Below are positions 28,312 through 38,792 of a DNA stretch of 64,000 bases, piece by piece. Positions within the stretch are counted from its first letter, which is position 1, and each line of letters begins with the position of its first letter. The notes beneath the pieces are model-generated. The model was not told the origin of the DNA. It made no database searches and was given only the letters and a program-made list of their open reading frames with translations. The stretch spans positions 800,001 through 864,000 of the forward strand of contig CBDFIQ010000001.1 in assembly GCA_965248195.1 (NCBI GenBank), read 5' to 3'. The position numbers and the translations under genes were made by a program. The DNA is from Longimicrobiales bacterium. Its GTDB lineage: Bacteria; Gemmatimonadota; Gemmatimonadetes; Longimicrobiales; Gaopeijiaceae.

Positions 28312-31300
28312 TCAAATCCTCCGTGCCGTGCGTGTCGTGGTGGCGATCGTCGACGCACCTGTCCGGGCGCGCCATTCGACCTCCTGCTCGAGCCCGTCCA
28401 TCAGCTCGCGTGGATTCTGTACGCCCTGCAGAACGATGTCGCCTTCGACGGTGATTTGGGGCCTCGCCAAGTCGCCGGCGTCCGAAGCGATTCGAGGCTG
28501 GAGTGGACGGCCACCACCATCTCGATCCGTCACCACGGTCGGATCGAGAGCCGTGGTCGCCTGGAACCGACCGAGCGCGACCTTGAAGCCGGCCGGCGCA
28601 TTGCGTAGGGCTGCCGTCGACCTCTCGACTTCCGTAGCCAACCCGTCCAACGCGCTTTCAGCGAACCCTATGGCGGTCAGGAACTGCCCGAAGTCGAGCT
28701 TGCCGAGCAGATCCCGGTCGAACTCACCGAAGCCGGCACGGAACATCTCGAGGAAAGCGTCGAAGTTCTCGGGCGTGAGTCCCTGGAGTACCCGCCCGAA
28801 TTCGTCGCTGACCTGGCTGGCCAAGAGGTCCATCACGCTCGCAAACTTCTCGCCCGGAGCCTCGATGTCGAAAAGCGCGAACTGCTTCTGCAGCAGCCCG
28901 AAGTCGCGGTTGAAGGTGTTGACGTTCCCGAGCGCCGTGATCAGGGTGCCGGAGTCCCGCGAGAGGCTCTGGAAATCCTGTTTCAGGGCTTTGGCGATAT
29001 CCGCAATATCGTCCAGCGTCAGCCCAAACTTGGCGAGGATCGCCTCAGGAAAGAACTCGGGCAAACCACCCGGCCCGAACACACCCAGATCGTCTATGTC
29101 CTCGTCCTCGTCGGCGACACCGTCATCACGAGGCGGGGGGTTCATGATGAGCTCCGCGTGTCTGGCCTGCGCTTCGGTTATCGCATTGAGAGCTTGTAGG
29201 GCAGCGTCGAACGGCAGGGTGACTGATACGTCACTCAGGGCATTCAGATCGTCCCCGAGCCGGTCCGCTGCCTCGATGTTCTTCTGGATGGTCGCGGTGT
29301 TTATCCGCATCGCCTCGGCGGCCGCCTGGGCCGCCTCCTCGGCAGCCGCCTGGGCCGCGATCTCCTTGTCGCTCGGGCCGAAGAGCCCGCCGATCACCGA
29401 ACCGAGGCCACTGACCACGCCGGACAGCGCAGTCGAGATGCCACCGCTCAACAGGGTCCCGAGAGCCGTAGAGACGATGGCTTGGGGATCTAGCAGTCCT
29501 TTCGCCTGATCCTTTAGGCCCCCGAAGAACGACGTCCCTTTCTCGCCAAACGACGTCCCTTTCTCGCCAAACTCGCCGGCTGCTGCTGTCGCTTCCTCCT
29601 GGAGGACGGTGAATCGACGGAGCTTGTCGAGCACCTCCTGGAATTTTTCGTTGGTCGGACCCAGGCCCAAGTCGATCATTTCTTCAAGTGCCGACCGGTA
29701 GATGTTCACCTTCGCGCTGACGAGATCGAACTGGCGCCCGAGCGCCGCTTCGAGTTGGTCGGCTTTCGCGAGCGCGGCGTCCAGGCTGTCGACGACGGCT
29801 AGCTCGGGAAATTGCTCGGCCAGACTGACGGCGGCGATGTCGCCCTGCATCCCATCGAGCATCTTCTGCCAGCTCGCGGAGATCGCGCCGTCCACTTCGA
29901 TGATATGAGCCTCGAGCCGATCGTAGTCGAGTTGCATGTCGTCGACGGCGGTTTTCGTCGCGGCGACCATCTCGTCTTGCAGCCGCTTCCCGAGCACCGC
30001 CTGCTTGTCTAGGGACGCCTGCTTGGCTAGGAGCGCCTCCTGCTCGTCGAATGTGGATACCGTAGGAGCACCCCTCGGGGATTGCGAATTATTGAGAGCG
30101 TCGGTTAGACGTTGAGCATCATCAGCGGCCTGCCTGACCTCGTTATGAAGCTCCCTGATTTCAGCAAGTCGTTGGTTTCGGCTTCGGCTGCTCCCGCTCG
30201 AACCGATCCTATCATGTTCACGCTCCGCGTCAGCCAGCTTTCGCCTTGCTTCCGCTTCCTGTTCAATCGCTTCGGCTTCCGTGAGGTCTCCCGTCGCGGC
30301 CGTGAACGAGCGCTGACTTGCGGCTGTACCGTCGATGCTCTTTTTCAGAGCCAGGAACAGGCTGGTGACTGTAATGAGCCCCACCAGAATTGCCCCGCCA
30401 GGCAGCAGCAGTGAACCAAGCCCACCGAGTGCTGCGGCCCCAAGCAACACGCCCACCGCGATCGTCAGGTTGCCGATAACAACCAGCAGCGGCCCGAGCG
30501 CAGCCGTGAGCGCCACCATGCCGATCGCCGTCGTCTGGATGCTCTTCGGCAGCTCGCCGAAGCCCTTGATCATGTCGCGCAGGAATTCGAGCACCGGCTT
30601 CGCGGCGTCGGCGATCGCGAGCAGAGCAGGTTTCAGTTGGTCGCCGAGCTCGCCCGCGATGTTGACGATCTTATTGGCTAGAGCCTTGAGCTGGTTGCCC
30701 GTCGTCGCATTGAATTTCTCGGCCTCGATCGTGAGCGCGGTGTTCTCGCGCCAAGCCGTGCTCCCGAGATCCAAGCTCTTGCGCATCAGCTCGCCTGCGC
30801 CTGAAGCGCGGAGCAGCGCATCGCGCACCCTGATGTTGCCGAATTCGACGGACTTGAGCACCTGGAAGACGTTGACCCCTTCGTCTGACAAACGTCCGAG
30901 CCCTTCGATGAACGTGACGAGCGCGTAGGCCGCGTCCGTCTCGAATGACTCGGCGAACTCCGCGCCGCTCATGCCCGCGATCCGGCCGAACTGCTCTAGC
31001 TTGTCGCCGCCGTCGCCGACGGCGATCGCCATCTCGGCCATCACCTTGCTCAGAGCCGTACCGCCGGACTCCGCCTCGATGCCTACCGAGGACAGGCTTG
31101 CTGCCAGTGCGAGGATTTGATCTTCGGTGAGCCCGATCTGGGTGCCTGCGCCGGCGAGTCGCAGACCCATCGCCACGATTTCTTGTTCTGTCGTGGCGAG
31201 ATTGTTGCCCAACGCGACGACGGTAGAGCCCAGACGATCGAACGCGTCCTGTGGCATGCCAGTGATGTTCGCGAGGCGTGCCAGGTCGGTGGCCGCTTCG

Positions 31301-31716
31301 GTGCTCGTGAGGTTGGTCGCCACCCCGAGGTCCGCCATGACGCGCGTGAAGCTGAGGATGTTGCTCGTTTCGATCCCAAGCTGACCTGCCGCCTCGCCGA
31401 TGTTCGCGAGCTCAGTCGCGGCGACCGGGATCTGCTCGGACAGAGTTTTGAATTCATCGCCGAGCGCGATGATCGTTTGAGCGCTCGCGTCGACCGTCTT
31501 CGCGACACCGGCCATTGCGTCCTCGAATTTGATCGAGGAAGCGACGGCACCCGCGCCGAGCGCGACGAGCGGCGCCGTCACGTTGAGCGACAGGCTGCGT
31601 CCCATCCGATCCAGGCGTTTGCCGACCTGCTCGAGCTTACGCGAGGACTCGATGACCGCCTTGTCGAGCTCGCTGTTGTCGGCCCGGATCCGGACGAGGA
31701 GGTCTTTCAGTCCCAT
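28312..31716 (-). CDS. Tail tape measure protein (TP901-type core)
   Basis: FEDAMAGVAKTV, IGEAAGQLG, LGNNLATTE, EAESGGTALS. Confidence 0.95.
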   Translation of the reverse strand: MGLKDLLVRIRADNSELDKAVIESSRKLEQVGKRLDRMGRSLSLNVTAPLVALGAGAVASSIKFEDAMAGVAKTVDASAQTIIALGDEFKTLSEQIPVAATELANIGEAAGQLGIETSNILSFTRVMADLGVATNLTSTEAATDLARLANITGMPQDAFDRLGSTVVALGNNLATTEQEIVAMGLRLAGAGTQIGLTEDQILALAASLSSVGIEAESGGTALSKVMAEMAIAVGDGGDKLEQFGRIAGMSGAEFAESFETDAAYALVTFIEGLGRLSDEGVNVFQVLKSVEFGNIRVRDALLRASGAGELMRKSLDLGSTAWRENTALTIEAEKFNATTGNQLKALANKIVNIAGELGDQLKPALLAIADAAKPVLEFLRDMIKGFGELPKSIQTTAIGMVALTAALGPLLVVIGNLTIAVGVLLGAAALGGLGSLLLPGGAILVGLITVTSLFLALKKSIDGTAASQRSFTAATGDLTEAEAIEQEAEARRKLADAEREHDRIGSSGSSRSRNQRLAEIRELHNEVRQAADDAQRLTDALNNSQSPRGAPTVSTFDEQEALLAKQASLDKQAVLGKRLQDEMVAATKTAVDDMQLDYDRLEAHIIEVDGAISASWQKMLDGMQGDIAAVSLAEQFPELAVVDSLDAALAKADQLEAALGRQFDLVSAKVNIYRSALEEMIDLGLGPTNEKFQEVLDKLRRFTVLQEEATAAAGEFGEKGTSFGEKGTSFFGGLKDQAKGLLDPQAIVSTALGTLLSGGISTALSGVVSGLGSVIGGLFGPSDKEIAAQAAAEEAAQAAAEAMRINTATIQKNIEAADRLGDDLNALSDVSVTLPFDAALQALNAITEAQARHAELIMNPPPRDDGVADEDEDIDDLGVFGPGGLPEFFPEAILAKFGLTLDDIADIAKALKQDFQSLSRDSGTLITALGNVNTFNRDFGLLQKQFALFDIEAPGEKFASVMDLLASQVSDEFGRVLQGLTPENFDAFLEMFRAGFGEFDRDLLGKLDFGQFLTAIGFAESALDGLATEVERSTAALRNAPAGFKVALGRFQATTALDPTVVTDRDGGGRPLQPRIASDAGDLARPQITVEGDIVLQGVQNPRELMDGLEQEVEWRARTGASTIATTTRTARRI

Positions 31717-31720
31717 GCCG

Positions 31721-32041
31721 TTATCGCAACCTTCTCAGAATGGCGCTGTTCGCTTTCATCACCCTGAGCATCTCCTCCGGCGTCTGTTCACGTTTCTTGC
31801 CCGCTGGAAGATTTGAGAAGAAATCCTGGGGCTCGTACGCTTTGGCGCCCGTCGCTCGTTTCGCGAAGAGGTTGGCGATTAGCGCGAGCACCTTCCCGAA
31901 ACGCAGATCGTCTAGCGTACGTTCGGACTCGGCGAGTTCCCGCTTGCGCTCGAGGAGGCGCAGCATCCCGCGTGGCGAAGACCGCCAGAAGTCCTGCTCG
32001 CCGAGTCCGAGGTCGACGCGTGCAACGACCCAAAGCCCCAT
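31721..32041 (-). CDS. Tail assembly chaperone, -1 frame portion
   Basis: FWRSSPR motif; reached by -1 slip at CCCTTTG. Confidence 0.75.
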   Translation of the reverse strand: MGLWVVARVDLGLGEQDFWRSSPRGMLRLLERKRELAESERTLDDLRFGKVLALIANLFAKRATGAKAYEPQDFFSNLPAGKKREQTPEEMLRVMKANSAILRRLR

Positions 32042-32055
32042 CTCGTCGAGAGGCT

Positions 32056-32430
32056 CTAGCTCGTCGCCGCCAAAGGGTCGTCATCGTGCCCAGTCCCCTC
32101 CTCTTGGTCCTCTTGCGTGATCGTCGGTTGCTCGGGCAGAGAATCGACGATCAAAGCGAATACTTGGCTCAGGATGTCCACCAGATTGCCCGGGTGCAGC
32201 AACTTCGCGACCGCGTCGATCGTCAGCTCCTCGTCTTCGTGAACCAGAAACGCCCACACCAACTCGGCGACGTTGTCCTCGGCCACATTGTCCTGCAGTT
32301 CGCCCCTCAGCAGGCTGATCCCCGTTGCGTTCTTGAACAGACGCATCGCATGCATGTCGCAGCGCAGCGTCCTCTCGCGGTCGAGCACGATCTTCGCCTC
32401 GGGAGCAGGCGGCCGAATTGCCTCGGTCAT
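32056..32430 (-). CDS. Tail assembly chaperone
   Basis: Between major tail and tape measure; slippery heptamer near end. Confidence 0.8.
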   Translation of the reverse strand: MTEAIRPPAPEAKIVLDRERTLRCDMHAMRLFKNATGISLLRGELQDNVAEDNVAELVWAFLVHEDEELTIDAVAKLLHPGNLVDILSQVFALIVDSLPEQPTITQEDQEEGTGHDDDPLAATS

Positions 32431-32443
32431 TCTCTTGTGACTC

Positions 32444-32881
32444 CTATGTCCAGGTGACGTCGCCGGAAATTTTCAGCGTGCCAGAAATGGGAAGTACGCC
32501 GTCGATCGGCGCATCGCCGACCTTCACGTTGATGAGTGAAGCGACGAACGAAGCGACCGTCGTGCCCGCGTCGGGCCAGATGATCTTGAAGTTGTGCGGC
32601 CCACCCGTGCCTTCGCCCTTCGAACGCAGACCGGTCGCATCGTCGTGCGTCGCGTTGGCCTCGTCCCAGAAACCTTCGAACGCGATCTCGCCGTAGGCCT
32701 TGACGCCCGTCTCGATGTGCTCGCGGAAGCCGCCGGTCGAGTCGTGCACGGTCGTGTCCTCGGTCTCCGTCAGAAGCTCGATGCCTCCGATGCTCGACAA
32801 CTGCACTACCGACGTGAACACCTCGGTCTCCGCGCCGTCGCCGAGTTGAAGCTGGGTTCTTAATGATTTGCTCTTTGCCAT
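32444..32881 (-). CDS. Major tail tube protein
   Basis: EDTTVHDSTGGFREHI, FKIIWPD, TLKISG. Confidence 0.88.
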   Translation of the reverse strand: MAKSKSLRTQLQLGDGAETEVFTSVVQLSSIGGIELLTETEDTTVHDSTGGFREHIETGVKAYGEIAFEGFWDEANATHDDATGLRSKGEGTGGPHNFKIIWPDAGTTVASFVASLINVKVGDAPIDGVLPISGTLKISGDVTWT

Positions 32882-32894
32882 GAGTCCCTATCTC

Positions 32895-33257
32895 CTATGG
32901 GTGAATAGCCCGATGCCTGATGACCTTGGATTCGTCCAGGTGCTTGAACGGGCAGTCGAGGCATTCGTAGTTCGGATGCCCGGCCCATTGGGTGATGCGG
33001 TAACCGCGCGCTCGATCCTCATCGGTGTCCCGAGACGCCTCGGGTTCCGGATCCTCGGGCTCCGGATTAGCAGCAGCGTCCGGGTCCTGCGCTTCCCTGA
33101 GCGCATCGATCCGTCGCTCGTAGACGGCCGCAGCCCCTTTCCGAGCGTCCTCGCGTTGGAGGGCGTGAGCCGTCTCCTCGTCCACGTCATCTTCCTCGAG
33201 GCGCCCAGGGAGATCCTGTATCGTCACGGTCTCCGGATCGAAAGGCAGATTCGTCAT
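32895..33257 (-). CDS. Hypothetical protein with C2H2-like end
   Basis: YECLDCPF...H...H. Confidence 0.6.
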   Translation of the reverse strand: MTNLPFDPETVTIQDLPGRLEEDDVDEETAHALQREDARKGAAAVYERRIDALREAQDPDAAANPEPEDPEPEASRDTDEDRARGYRITQWAGHPNYECLDCPFKHLDESKVIRHRAIHP

Positions 33258-33275
33258 TTCTCGTTGTCCCTTTCT

Positions 33276-33728
33276 CTAAGCCGCCGTTTCCTGGTCGTCC
33301 CAGATGGTGGCGAACTCGATTCTGAAGTCTTGGGCTGCTCCACCGTACAGGCTGTCCGCCTCGAAAGTCGCCCACTCGATGCTCACTTCCTCGATGCTGA
33401 CGATCAGCGCGTCCAAAGCCGCGTTCGTCAGGAGCGCCTTCGTGCCCCACGCGACCAGCGGATCGAGCGTCTTGTCCGGCGGATCCGTCGACGTGACGAG
33501 CGTCTTGACCCGATGCTCCACGCGGATCGTGAGCGTGCGTAGCACACTCTCGTCGTGCGTTTCCAGCGCCACGGTCTCGCCCAAGTGGTAGACCGCCATG
33601 GCTGGCATGTCGTCGCGGTCGAGCGGACGGGTTCTCGACCGATGCACCGTGAGCCCCGTTGGTTTGCCGACGGCCTCCAGCGCTCTAACGGCCGCGGCCA
33701 TGATCGTCTCGCGGATCGTGTCGGCCAT
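33276..33728 (-). CDS. Tail terminator-like protein
   Basis: TIRETIMAA start, position before major tail. Confidence 0.7.
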   Translation of the reverse strand: MADTIRETIMAAAVRALEAVGKPTGLTVHRSRTRPLDRDDMPAMAVYHLGETVALETHDESVLRTLTIRVEHRVKTLVTSTDPPDKTLDPLVAWGTKALLTNAALDALIVSIEEVSIEWATFEADSLYGGAAQDFRIEFATIWDDQETAA

Positions 33729-34030
33729 CAGGCGTTATCTCCCAGCCAGAGCCGCGTCTCGGCGCCGTCATTCTCGACGCGGTGGTCGGTGATCACGTAC
33801 GTCGTGCCACCCACCACGATCGTCGCGTCTCTATCGAGGTTCGGCAGTATCCCGGTCGCGACGAGAACCGTGCGCACCCGCACCACGGTTGCGAGTTCGC
33901 CACCCTCGAAGCCTTCTTCGTCGCCGTATTTGACCTGGCCGTACGTGGTCACGGCACCCGAGACCACCGTAGTGGCCCCAGGTGTCCGCTTGAGCATGAG
34001 CTCCACGCCTGCGGGGGAGGTGATGTCCAT
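33728..34030 (-). CDS. Head-tail joining protein (FII-like)
   Basis: Size, IVVGGTTYVI motif and position. Confidence 0.65.
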   Translation of the reverse strand: MDITSPAGVELMLKRTPGATTVVSGAVTTYGQVKYGDEEGFEGGELATVVRVRTVLVATGILPNLDRDATIVVGGTTYVITDHRVENDGAETRLWLGDNA

Positions 34031-34390
34031 CTACGCCTCGGGCTCGTCCTCGAGATAGGTTTCGATCCGACTCGCGATGCCTTTTCCCACGCCGTCGATC
34101 GACGGCAGGTCTGGGATGTCGAGCAATTGCTCGATCGAGGTGATCCCTGCGGCCACCAGCTTGGCACGCCCTGGAATGTCAGCGGGAAGTTCGCCGCCCT
34201 CTTCTTCTTCGACCCCTCCGTCGAGGTCCGGGGCCGCGCCCTCTTCGACGTCTTGACCTCGGGCCCATTGCGCTGCGCCAACATCGACGAGCCGCTGCGC
34301 CTCCTCCTCGCTCTCGATGGGTACAACCTCACCGGCGGAGTAGTTGACCCCGCCGGCTTTGATCAGGTGCTGTGCGATCACGTCATACAT
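34031..34390 (-). CDS. Capsid-adjacent protein (FI-like position) with C-terminal helix-hairpin-helix
   Basis: EAQRLVDVGAA; LPSIDGVGKGIASRI. Confidence 0.65.
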   Translation of the reverse strand: MYDVIAQHLIKAGGVNYSAGEVVPIESEEEAQRLVDVGAAQWARGQDVEEGAAPDLDGGVEEEEGGELPADIPGRAKLVAAGITSIEQLLDIPDLPSIDGVGKGIASRIETYLEDEPEA

Positions 34391-34402
34391 CTCGGCACCC
34401 CC

Positions 34403-35425
34403 CTACAGCACGGTCGCGGCGACGCTTCCGTTCGGCCTGAGCGGCACAACGAGCGGCGCGGACTGCGTCATGAGGAACCGTCGGGGCGGATCGTCTTCAA
34501 TCCACGACTTCGGGTAGAAGGGAACGGCAATGTACCCAGCCGCCGGATCTTGAATGGCTCCGAATGCCTGCACGCCTTCGATGTCCGGGCTGGCCATGAC
34601 CACAGTGCCGCTCGCCAGGAACGGCGTCACGACACCCGCGTCGGTCTCATACCAGTCCTGGTACACGAAGATGTTGAACCCATCGATCGTGCCCTTGAAC
34701 GAGAGCCCGCGCTCGCGCATGGCGCCGAGGTTGATCTCGTCGCCGCGTGCCGACCGGTAATCGAGCTTACCGACGACCGCCGCATGCGCGCGAAACTCCT
34801 TCCACGCGCTAGGCTCCATGACCACGTCGATTCCCTCGCCACCCCCGTTCTTGGCGATGTTCGTCGCCCAGTCCTGGAGGTCGTCCAACGGCACAGCTGT
34901 TTGTGCGGACCAGAGGGCCGCGCCCGAAAGAGTGACGGTGTGGTCTACGTGCCGCCCGTAATTCACGACGACGGTCTGGTAGTCGTCACCGGAAATCGTG
35001 ACAGATCCAGTGACCAGTATTTGCGCGGCCATCCATTCGAGGCGGTTGCGGATCAACTGAACGTGCGCCTCCTGTTCCATCACGAGGATCGCCGCTTCAC
35101 GGTCTGCGGCGGACATCTCACCCCCGCCGATGCGTTCGCCCATGAACCTTTTCAGGGGCCTGTTGGGATCGAGGGGCGTTTTCGGCTTCACATACGCCGG
35201 CTTGAACGTCTTGGTCGTGTAGCCGCGCTGCTGCATTACTTTGCCCGCGACCACGGGACTGACGAACGGTGCGAGCTTCTTGGCGCCGTCGATCAGGTCG
35301 AAATGGATCTCCTCAGCCTGGTCCATTTGGACCGTCGGGAAATACCGATCGAGGAGAGCGCTCTTGGGGACAGCAAGGTCCGCCAGAACCCCCAGGAGCA
35401 CGTCGGTGGAATACAAATCAGGCAT
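34403..35425 (-). CDS. Major capsid protein (lambda E family)
   Basis: LAPFVSPVVAG, FKPAYVKPK, RLEWMAAQ, MTQSAPL. Confidence 0.96.
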   Translation of the reverse strand: MPDLYSTDVLLGVLADLAVPKSALLDRYFPTVQMDQAEEIHFDLIDGAKKLAPFVSPVVAGKVMQQRGYTTKTFKPAYVKPKTPLDPNRPLKRFMGERIGGGEMSAADREAAILVMEQEAHVQLIRNRLEWMAAQILVTGSVTISGDDYQTVVVNYGRHVDHTVTLSGAALWSAQTAVPLDDLQDWATNIAKNGGGEGIDVVMEPSAWKEFRAHAAVVGKLDYRSARGDEINLGAMRERGLSFKGTIDGFNIFVYQDWYETDAGVVTPFLASGTVVMASPDIEGVQAFGAIQDPAAGYIAVPFYPKSWIEDDPPRRFLMTQSAPLVVPLRPNGSVAATVL

Positions 35426-35442
35426 GGTTCAAGTCTCCAGGG

Positions 35443-35814
35443 TTATGGCGTGACGGAAGGAACGAGCTGGATGCCCTTGGCGCGCAGATCCTCGCGGACG
35501 CTCGCCGCGGTATGTCCAGTCCCGAACGTGATCTCGTTTTCGTCGAAGTCGCCGCGTACGTACGCCATGGTGCTGACGTCGGCCGCGCTTGCGTCGGTGT
35601 CCTCAGCCAGAACACCCACTGGGACCTCGGAACCATCAACGGCGGCGGAGAGGGACAAGATGTATTTGCCGGACGCCGTTACTTTGCCGAGCAGTGCCCC
35701 GCGAACCTGATTCTGGCCACTGAGTAGGGTGATTTGCTCGGAGAGGAGTCCGACCCCGTCGCTGGCGACGAGCCGGTCCGGATTGCTGGTCTGGCTTGCA
35801 AAGCTGGCTGGCAT
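35443..35814 (-). CDS. Head decoration protein (lambda D family)
   Basis: RGALLGK..ASGKY..DGSEVPVGVLAED. Confidence 0.92.
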   Translation of the reverse strand: MPASFASQTSNPDRLVASDGVGLLSEQITLLSGQNQVRGALLGKVTASGKYILSLSAAVDGSEVPVGVLAEDTDASAADVSTMAYVRGDFDENEITFGTGHTAASVREDLRAKGIQLVPSVTP

Positions 35815-35823
35815 GGTATCCTC

Positions 35824-37149
35824 CTATGCCGTGATGGCGGGCGCGTCGCCCTTGAGGGATCGGTGCACGGCCAGGATTCGCTGGACCGTCTTCTGGGTGT
35901 CGTTCGACTCCACGTCGGCGGACGGGGCCGGCGCGTCGAGTTCGGCTTCGGCGCCGGCTCGTTCTGCGAGGTGAGCGGCCGACCGCGCTTCCTCGGTTGC
36001 TTTCTGCGCGGCGAGCACCCGGATCGCGGCCTCACCTGCCGTGATTCCGTCTGCGATACACGCGGTTTTCACGTCGGCCGATCCGGGAAGCGCTTGGATG
36101 GTCGCGATCCTCTCGCGCTCGTTGGTCGCACCCTCCGCCCGTATCGCGGCTACGAGGTCCGCGTGGTTCGCGTCGAGATTTGCGCGGTCGATGACCGGCT
36201 GCTGTTCGGCGGCCGGCTCTTGAGCTTTGTCGCTCATGGGTTGCTCCTGTTGGAGTGGTTCGTCTAGGGCGAGAGCATTTCCGACGGCCGGCCGGAGACC
36301 GGCGGTGCCCCGAGGGCGCCGGTCCTGCATTTGAGAAATCACGTCTTCGAGGGTGCCCACCGAGTGGGCCATGCCCACCTCGACGGCACGCTGGCCGACG
36401 AGTACGCCACCCTGACCGAATTCAGCGAGCACGTGATCGACGCTGACGCCCATGTTGCGGGCGGCGCTCTCTACGAAGACTTGAGCTATGTCGTCGACGA
36501 CCATCTGGATCTCCGAGTGTGCCTCGGCGCGCTCGGATCGATCCTCAGAGAACGGGTCGAGGCGCTTCTTGGGGCTCTGCGATGACACGAACTCGATCGA
36601 GCGAATGCCTTGAGCCGCGTCTCTGGCGGAGTCGTCTGTGACGCCTATGACCGTGCCGACCGAGCCGAGTATGGCGGTCGGCGACACAATCACACGCTCC
36701 GCGGATGTGGCCAGCCAGTAGGCCGCGGACGCGCCGAGGCCGGAGACGAAGGCGGCAGTCGGCTTCAGGGCGCGTGCCTGATAAATCATTTCCGAGATTT
36801 CGGCGTTTCCGTTCACCACGCCTCCGGGAGAATCGACATCGAACACGATCCCCCTCACCTCCGAAGAACGGAGCGCCTCACCTAGATCCGTGGCGAGAGC
36901 CTCGTAGGATGTCGCGCCGCTGATCCGGGTAAATAGGTTCGCGTAGCGGAACAGGGGCCCAGAAACAGGGATCACCGCGACGCCTTCACGGACACGCACG
37001 GTGCGTGTGTTGTCGAGTGGCCGGCCGAGTTCACGCTCGATCGCCTCGACGGACCGGGTTTCTCTGGCCGCGATCTCGAAGATGGCATCGAGCGCGGCCT
37101 CGGTGATGCCCCACGGCTGACTGGCGATGTAGTCCAGTACCCGGCTCAT
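35824..37149 (-). CDS. S49 prohead protease/scaffold
   Basis: DVDSPGG, ASAAYWLA, GSVG; scaffold-like C-terminus. Confidence 0.93.
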   Translation of the reverse strand: MSRVLDYIASQPWGITEAALDAIFEIAARETRSVEAIERELGRPLDNTRTVRVREGVAVIPVSGPLFRYANLFTRISGATSYEALATDLGEALRSSEVRGIVFDVDSPGGVVNGNAEISEMIYQARALKPTAAFVSGLGASAAYWLATSAERVIVSPTAILGSVGTVIGVTDDSARDAAQGIRSIEFVSSQSPKKRLDPFSEDRSERAEAHSEIQMVVDDIAQVFVESAARNMGVSVDHVLAEFGQGGVLVGQRAVEVGMAHSVGTLEDVISQMQDRRPRGTAGLRPAVGNALALDEPLQQEQPMSDKAQEPAAEQQPVIDRANLDANHADLVAAIRAEGATNERERIATIQALPGSADVKTACIADGITAGEAAIRVLAAQKATEEARSAAHLAERAGAEAELDAPAPSADVESNDTQKTVQRILAVHRSLKGDAPAITA

Positions 37150-38792
37150 GGTGCGCTGCCCGCTGTGAGGAGTAGGGCGTCGGCATCGTCCCCTTCCTTG
37201 GGGCCCGCCAGTGCGGCCACGGGCGCACTCCCGATTCCGGCCTCAGCACGCAGCGCTTCCTCGCGCCGGAGCTGGCGGTGGTTTTCGAGGAACGTCGAGC
37301 CGTTCGTCTCGCGAGCCTCCCGGTCGCGCGTCGAGATGCCGAGTTCGACGCGCTTGTCGGCTGCATTCGCTTCCTTGAGCGGATCGATTTGCGGCATCGC
37401 GTCGCCGGTCCACTGCGACCCGAGCCATGCGCGGCGGATCACGGGAGACTCGAAGAAGCCGGGCGCTTCGATGAGTCCGCGCGCGACGAGTTCGGCGATC
37501 ACGTCCTCGTAGGCGGGCTGACAGAGACGATTCACGAGCCAACGGCGCTGTCTGACGAAGAACTTCCACGCCTCTAGCAACGCGCCACGCGATGCCGAGT
37601 AGCTCGACTGGAAGTGCTTAATCAGAATTTCGAACGGAAGCTCTAGCGCAACACCGACCTGGCGAAGAATCGCCATCACGAACGGATCGAATGCCGCGTT
37701 CGGGCGACCGGGGTTGGCCGTCTCCACGTCTTCGCCGGGAGCGAGATCGACGACTAAGCCGTTGCCGAGGAATACGTCGCCCGCGTTCGCTGGTGTGGCG
37801 TCAGCGTCTTCGATGCCCATGAGCGGCGAAGCATCCGCACCGAGCTCGGATTTTACGAACACCGTGAACATCGAGGAAATGACAGCGGCCATCAGCTCCG
37901 ACTCGCTGTATCGCTCCAGTTGCTTGAGAGCCTGGATCACGGGCGCGAGATAGGGGACGCCGCGACGCTGGCCGGGCCGCTGCTTGTGAAACAGAAGTTG
38001 TGCTAGGCGTTGGCCCGTTTTCGGATCGCGGGTCGGGACGGGGTTCCACCTTGAGAGCGGCCTAAATCCAAGTGTGTCGCCAGGATGTGCGGTTTGAACC
38101 CAGTAACTGATCGGGCGTCCGTCCGCGTCTATCTCGACGCCGCCGGATACGCGCTCCGTGTCCGGCTTGTAATCGGGATTTGAGACCCGGTCTGCCTCGA
38201 CCAATTGGAGCTTGGTGCCGAACGCATCGCCACGGCTCGGTCGAGTCGTGGCCGGGTCCCAAAGAAAGCGCCGGATTCGCAGCACGTCGCCCGACTCCAG
38301 CACCGCCCGGAACGCGAGGGATTGGAGTTGCCCGAAGGTCAACTCGGATTCTATGTCGCACTCGGTGGTCTCCGACCACAGGTTCCACCACCGGAGTGCT
38401 TGCTTCTCCCATGCGTCGGCCTGCTCATCGCTGAGCCCCAAAACGTCCTGATCGATGTGTGGCTGACAGGTGAGCCCAGCGCCGACGGTCGATGTCACGG
38501 TCGTGTTCAGCGCACCGGCCGCTAACGGGTTGTTGCGGACCTGATCCCGTGACCGGGCACGCATCTTGTCTAGGCCGGGATTGACATCGCCTCGCGCCGA
38601 TCGCACCAGGGGGTTGTAGCGCTGGAGCGCCTTCTTGTCCGATTTGCCTGCGTCGTATCCACCCCCGTCGAGGCCGAACAGGAAACCGAGTCCGGCCCGC
38701 GCCCGCAGTCGGTCCATCGCTCTCGCTGGGCTCACATAGCCGACCACGCGGTCGAGAAGATTCAGCTTCAGTGGGGGCACGCGGATCTCCAT
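37146..38792 (-). CDS. Portal protein, lambda family
   Basis: RARSRDQVRNNP, RPGQRRGVPYLAPV, SYSASRGALLE, IDPLKE. Confidence 0.96.
   Translation of the reverse strand: MEIRVPPLKLNLLDRVVGYVSPARAMDRLRARAGLGFLFGLDGGGYDAGKSDKKALQRYNPLVRSARGDVNPGLDKMRARSRDQVRNNPLAAGALNTTVTSTVGAGLTCQPHIDQDVLGLSDEQADAWEKQALRWWNLWSETTECDIESELTFGQLQSLAFRAVLESGDVLRIRRFLWDPATTRPSRGDAFGTKLQLVEADRVSNPDYKPDTERVSGGVEIDADGRPISYWVQTAHPGDTLGFRPLSRWNPVPTRDPKTGQRLAQLLFHKQRPGQRRGVPYLAPVIQALKQLERYSESELMAAVISSMFTVFVKSELGADASPLMGIEDADATPANAGDVFLGNGLVVDLAPGEDVETANPGRPNAAFDPFVMAILRQVGVALELPFEILIKHFQSSYSASRGALLEAWKFFVRQRRWLVNRLCQPAYEDVIAELVARGLIEAPGFFESPVIRRAWLGSQWTGDAMPQIDPLKEANAADKRVELGISTRDREARETNGSTFLENHRQLRREEALRAEAGIGSAPVAALAGPKEGDDADALLLTAGSAP

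Noticed and set aside
29528..29571. 21-bp tandem duplication in tape measure (FGEKGTS x2)
   Set aside because: In-frame micro-duplication, ordinary for tape measure genes
28016..35710. Long plus-strand ORFs (497 aa, 642 aa and others)
   Set aside because: Antisense shadows of high-GC structural genes with no recognisable motifs
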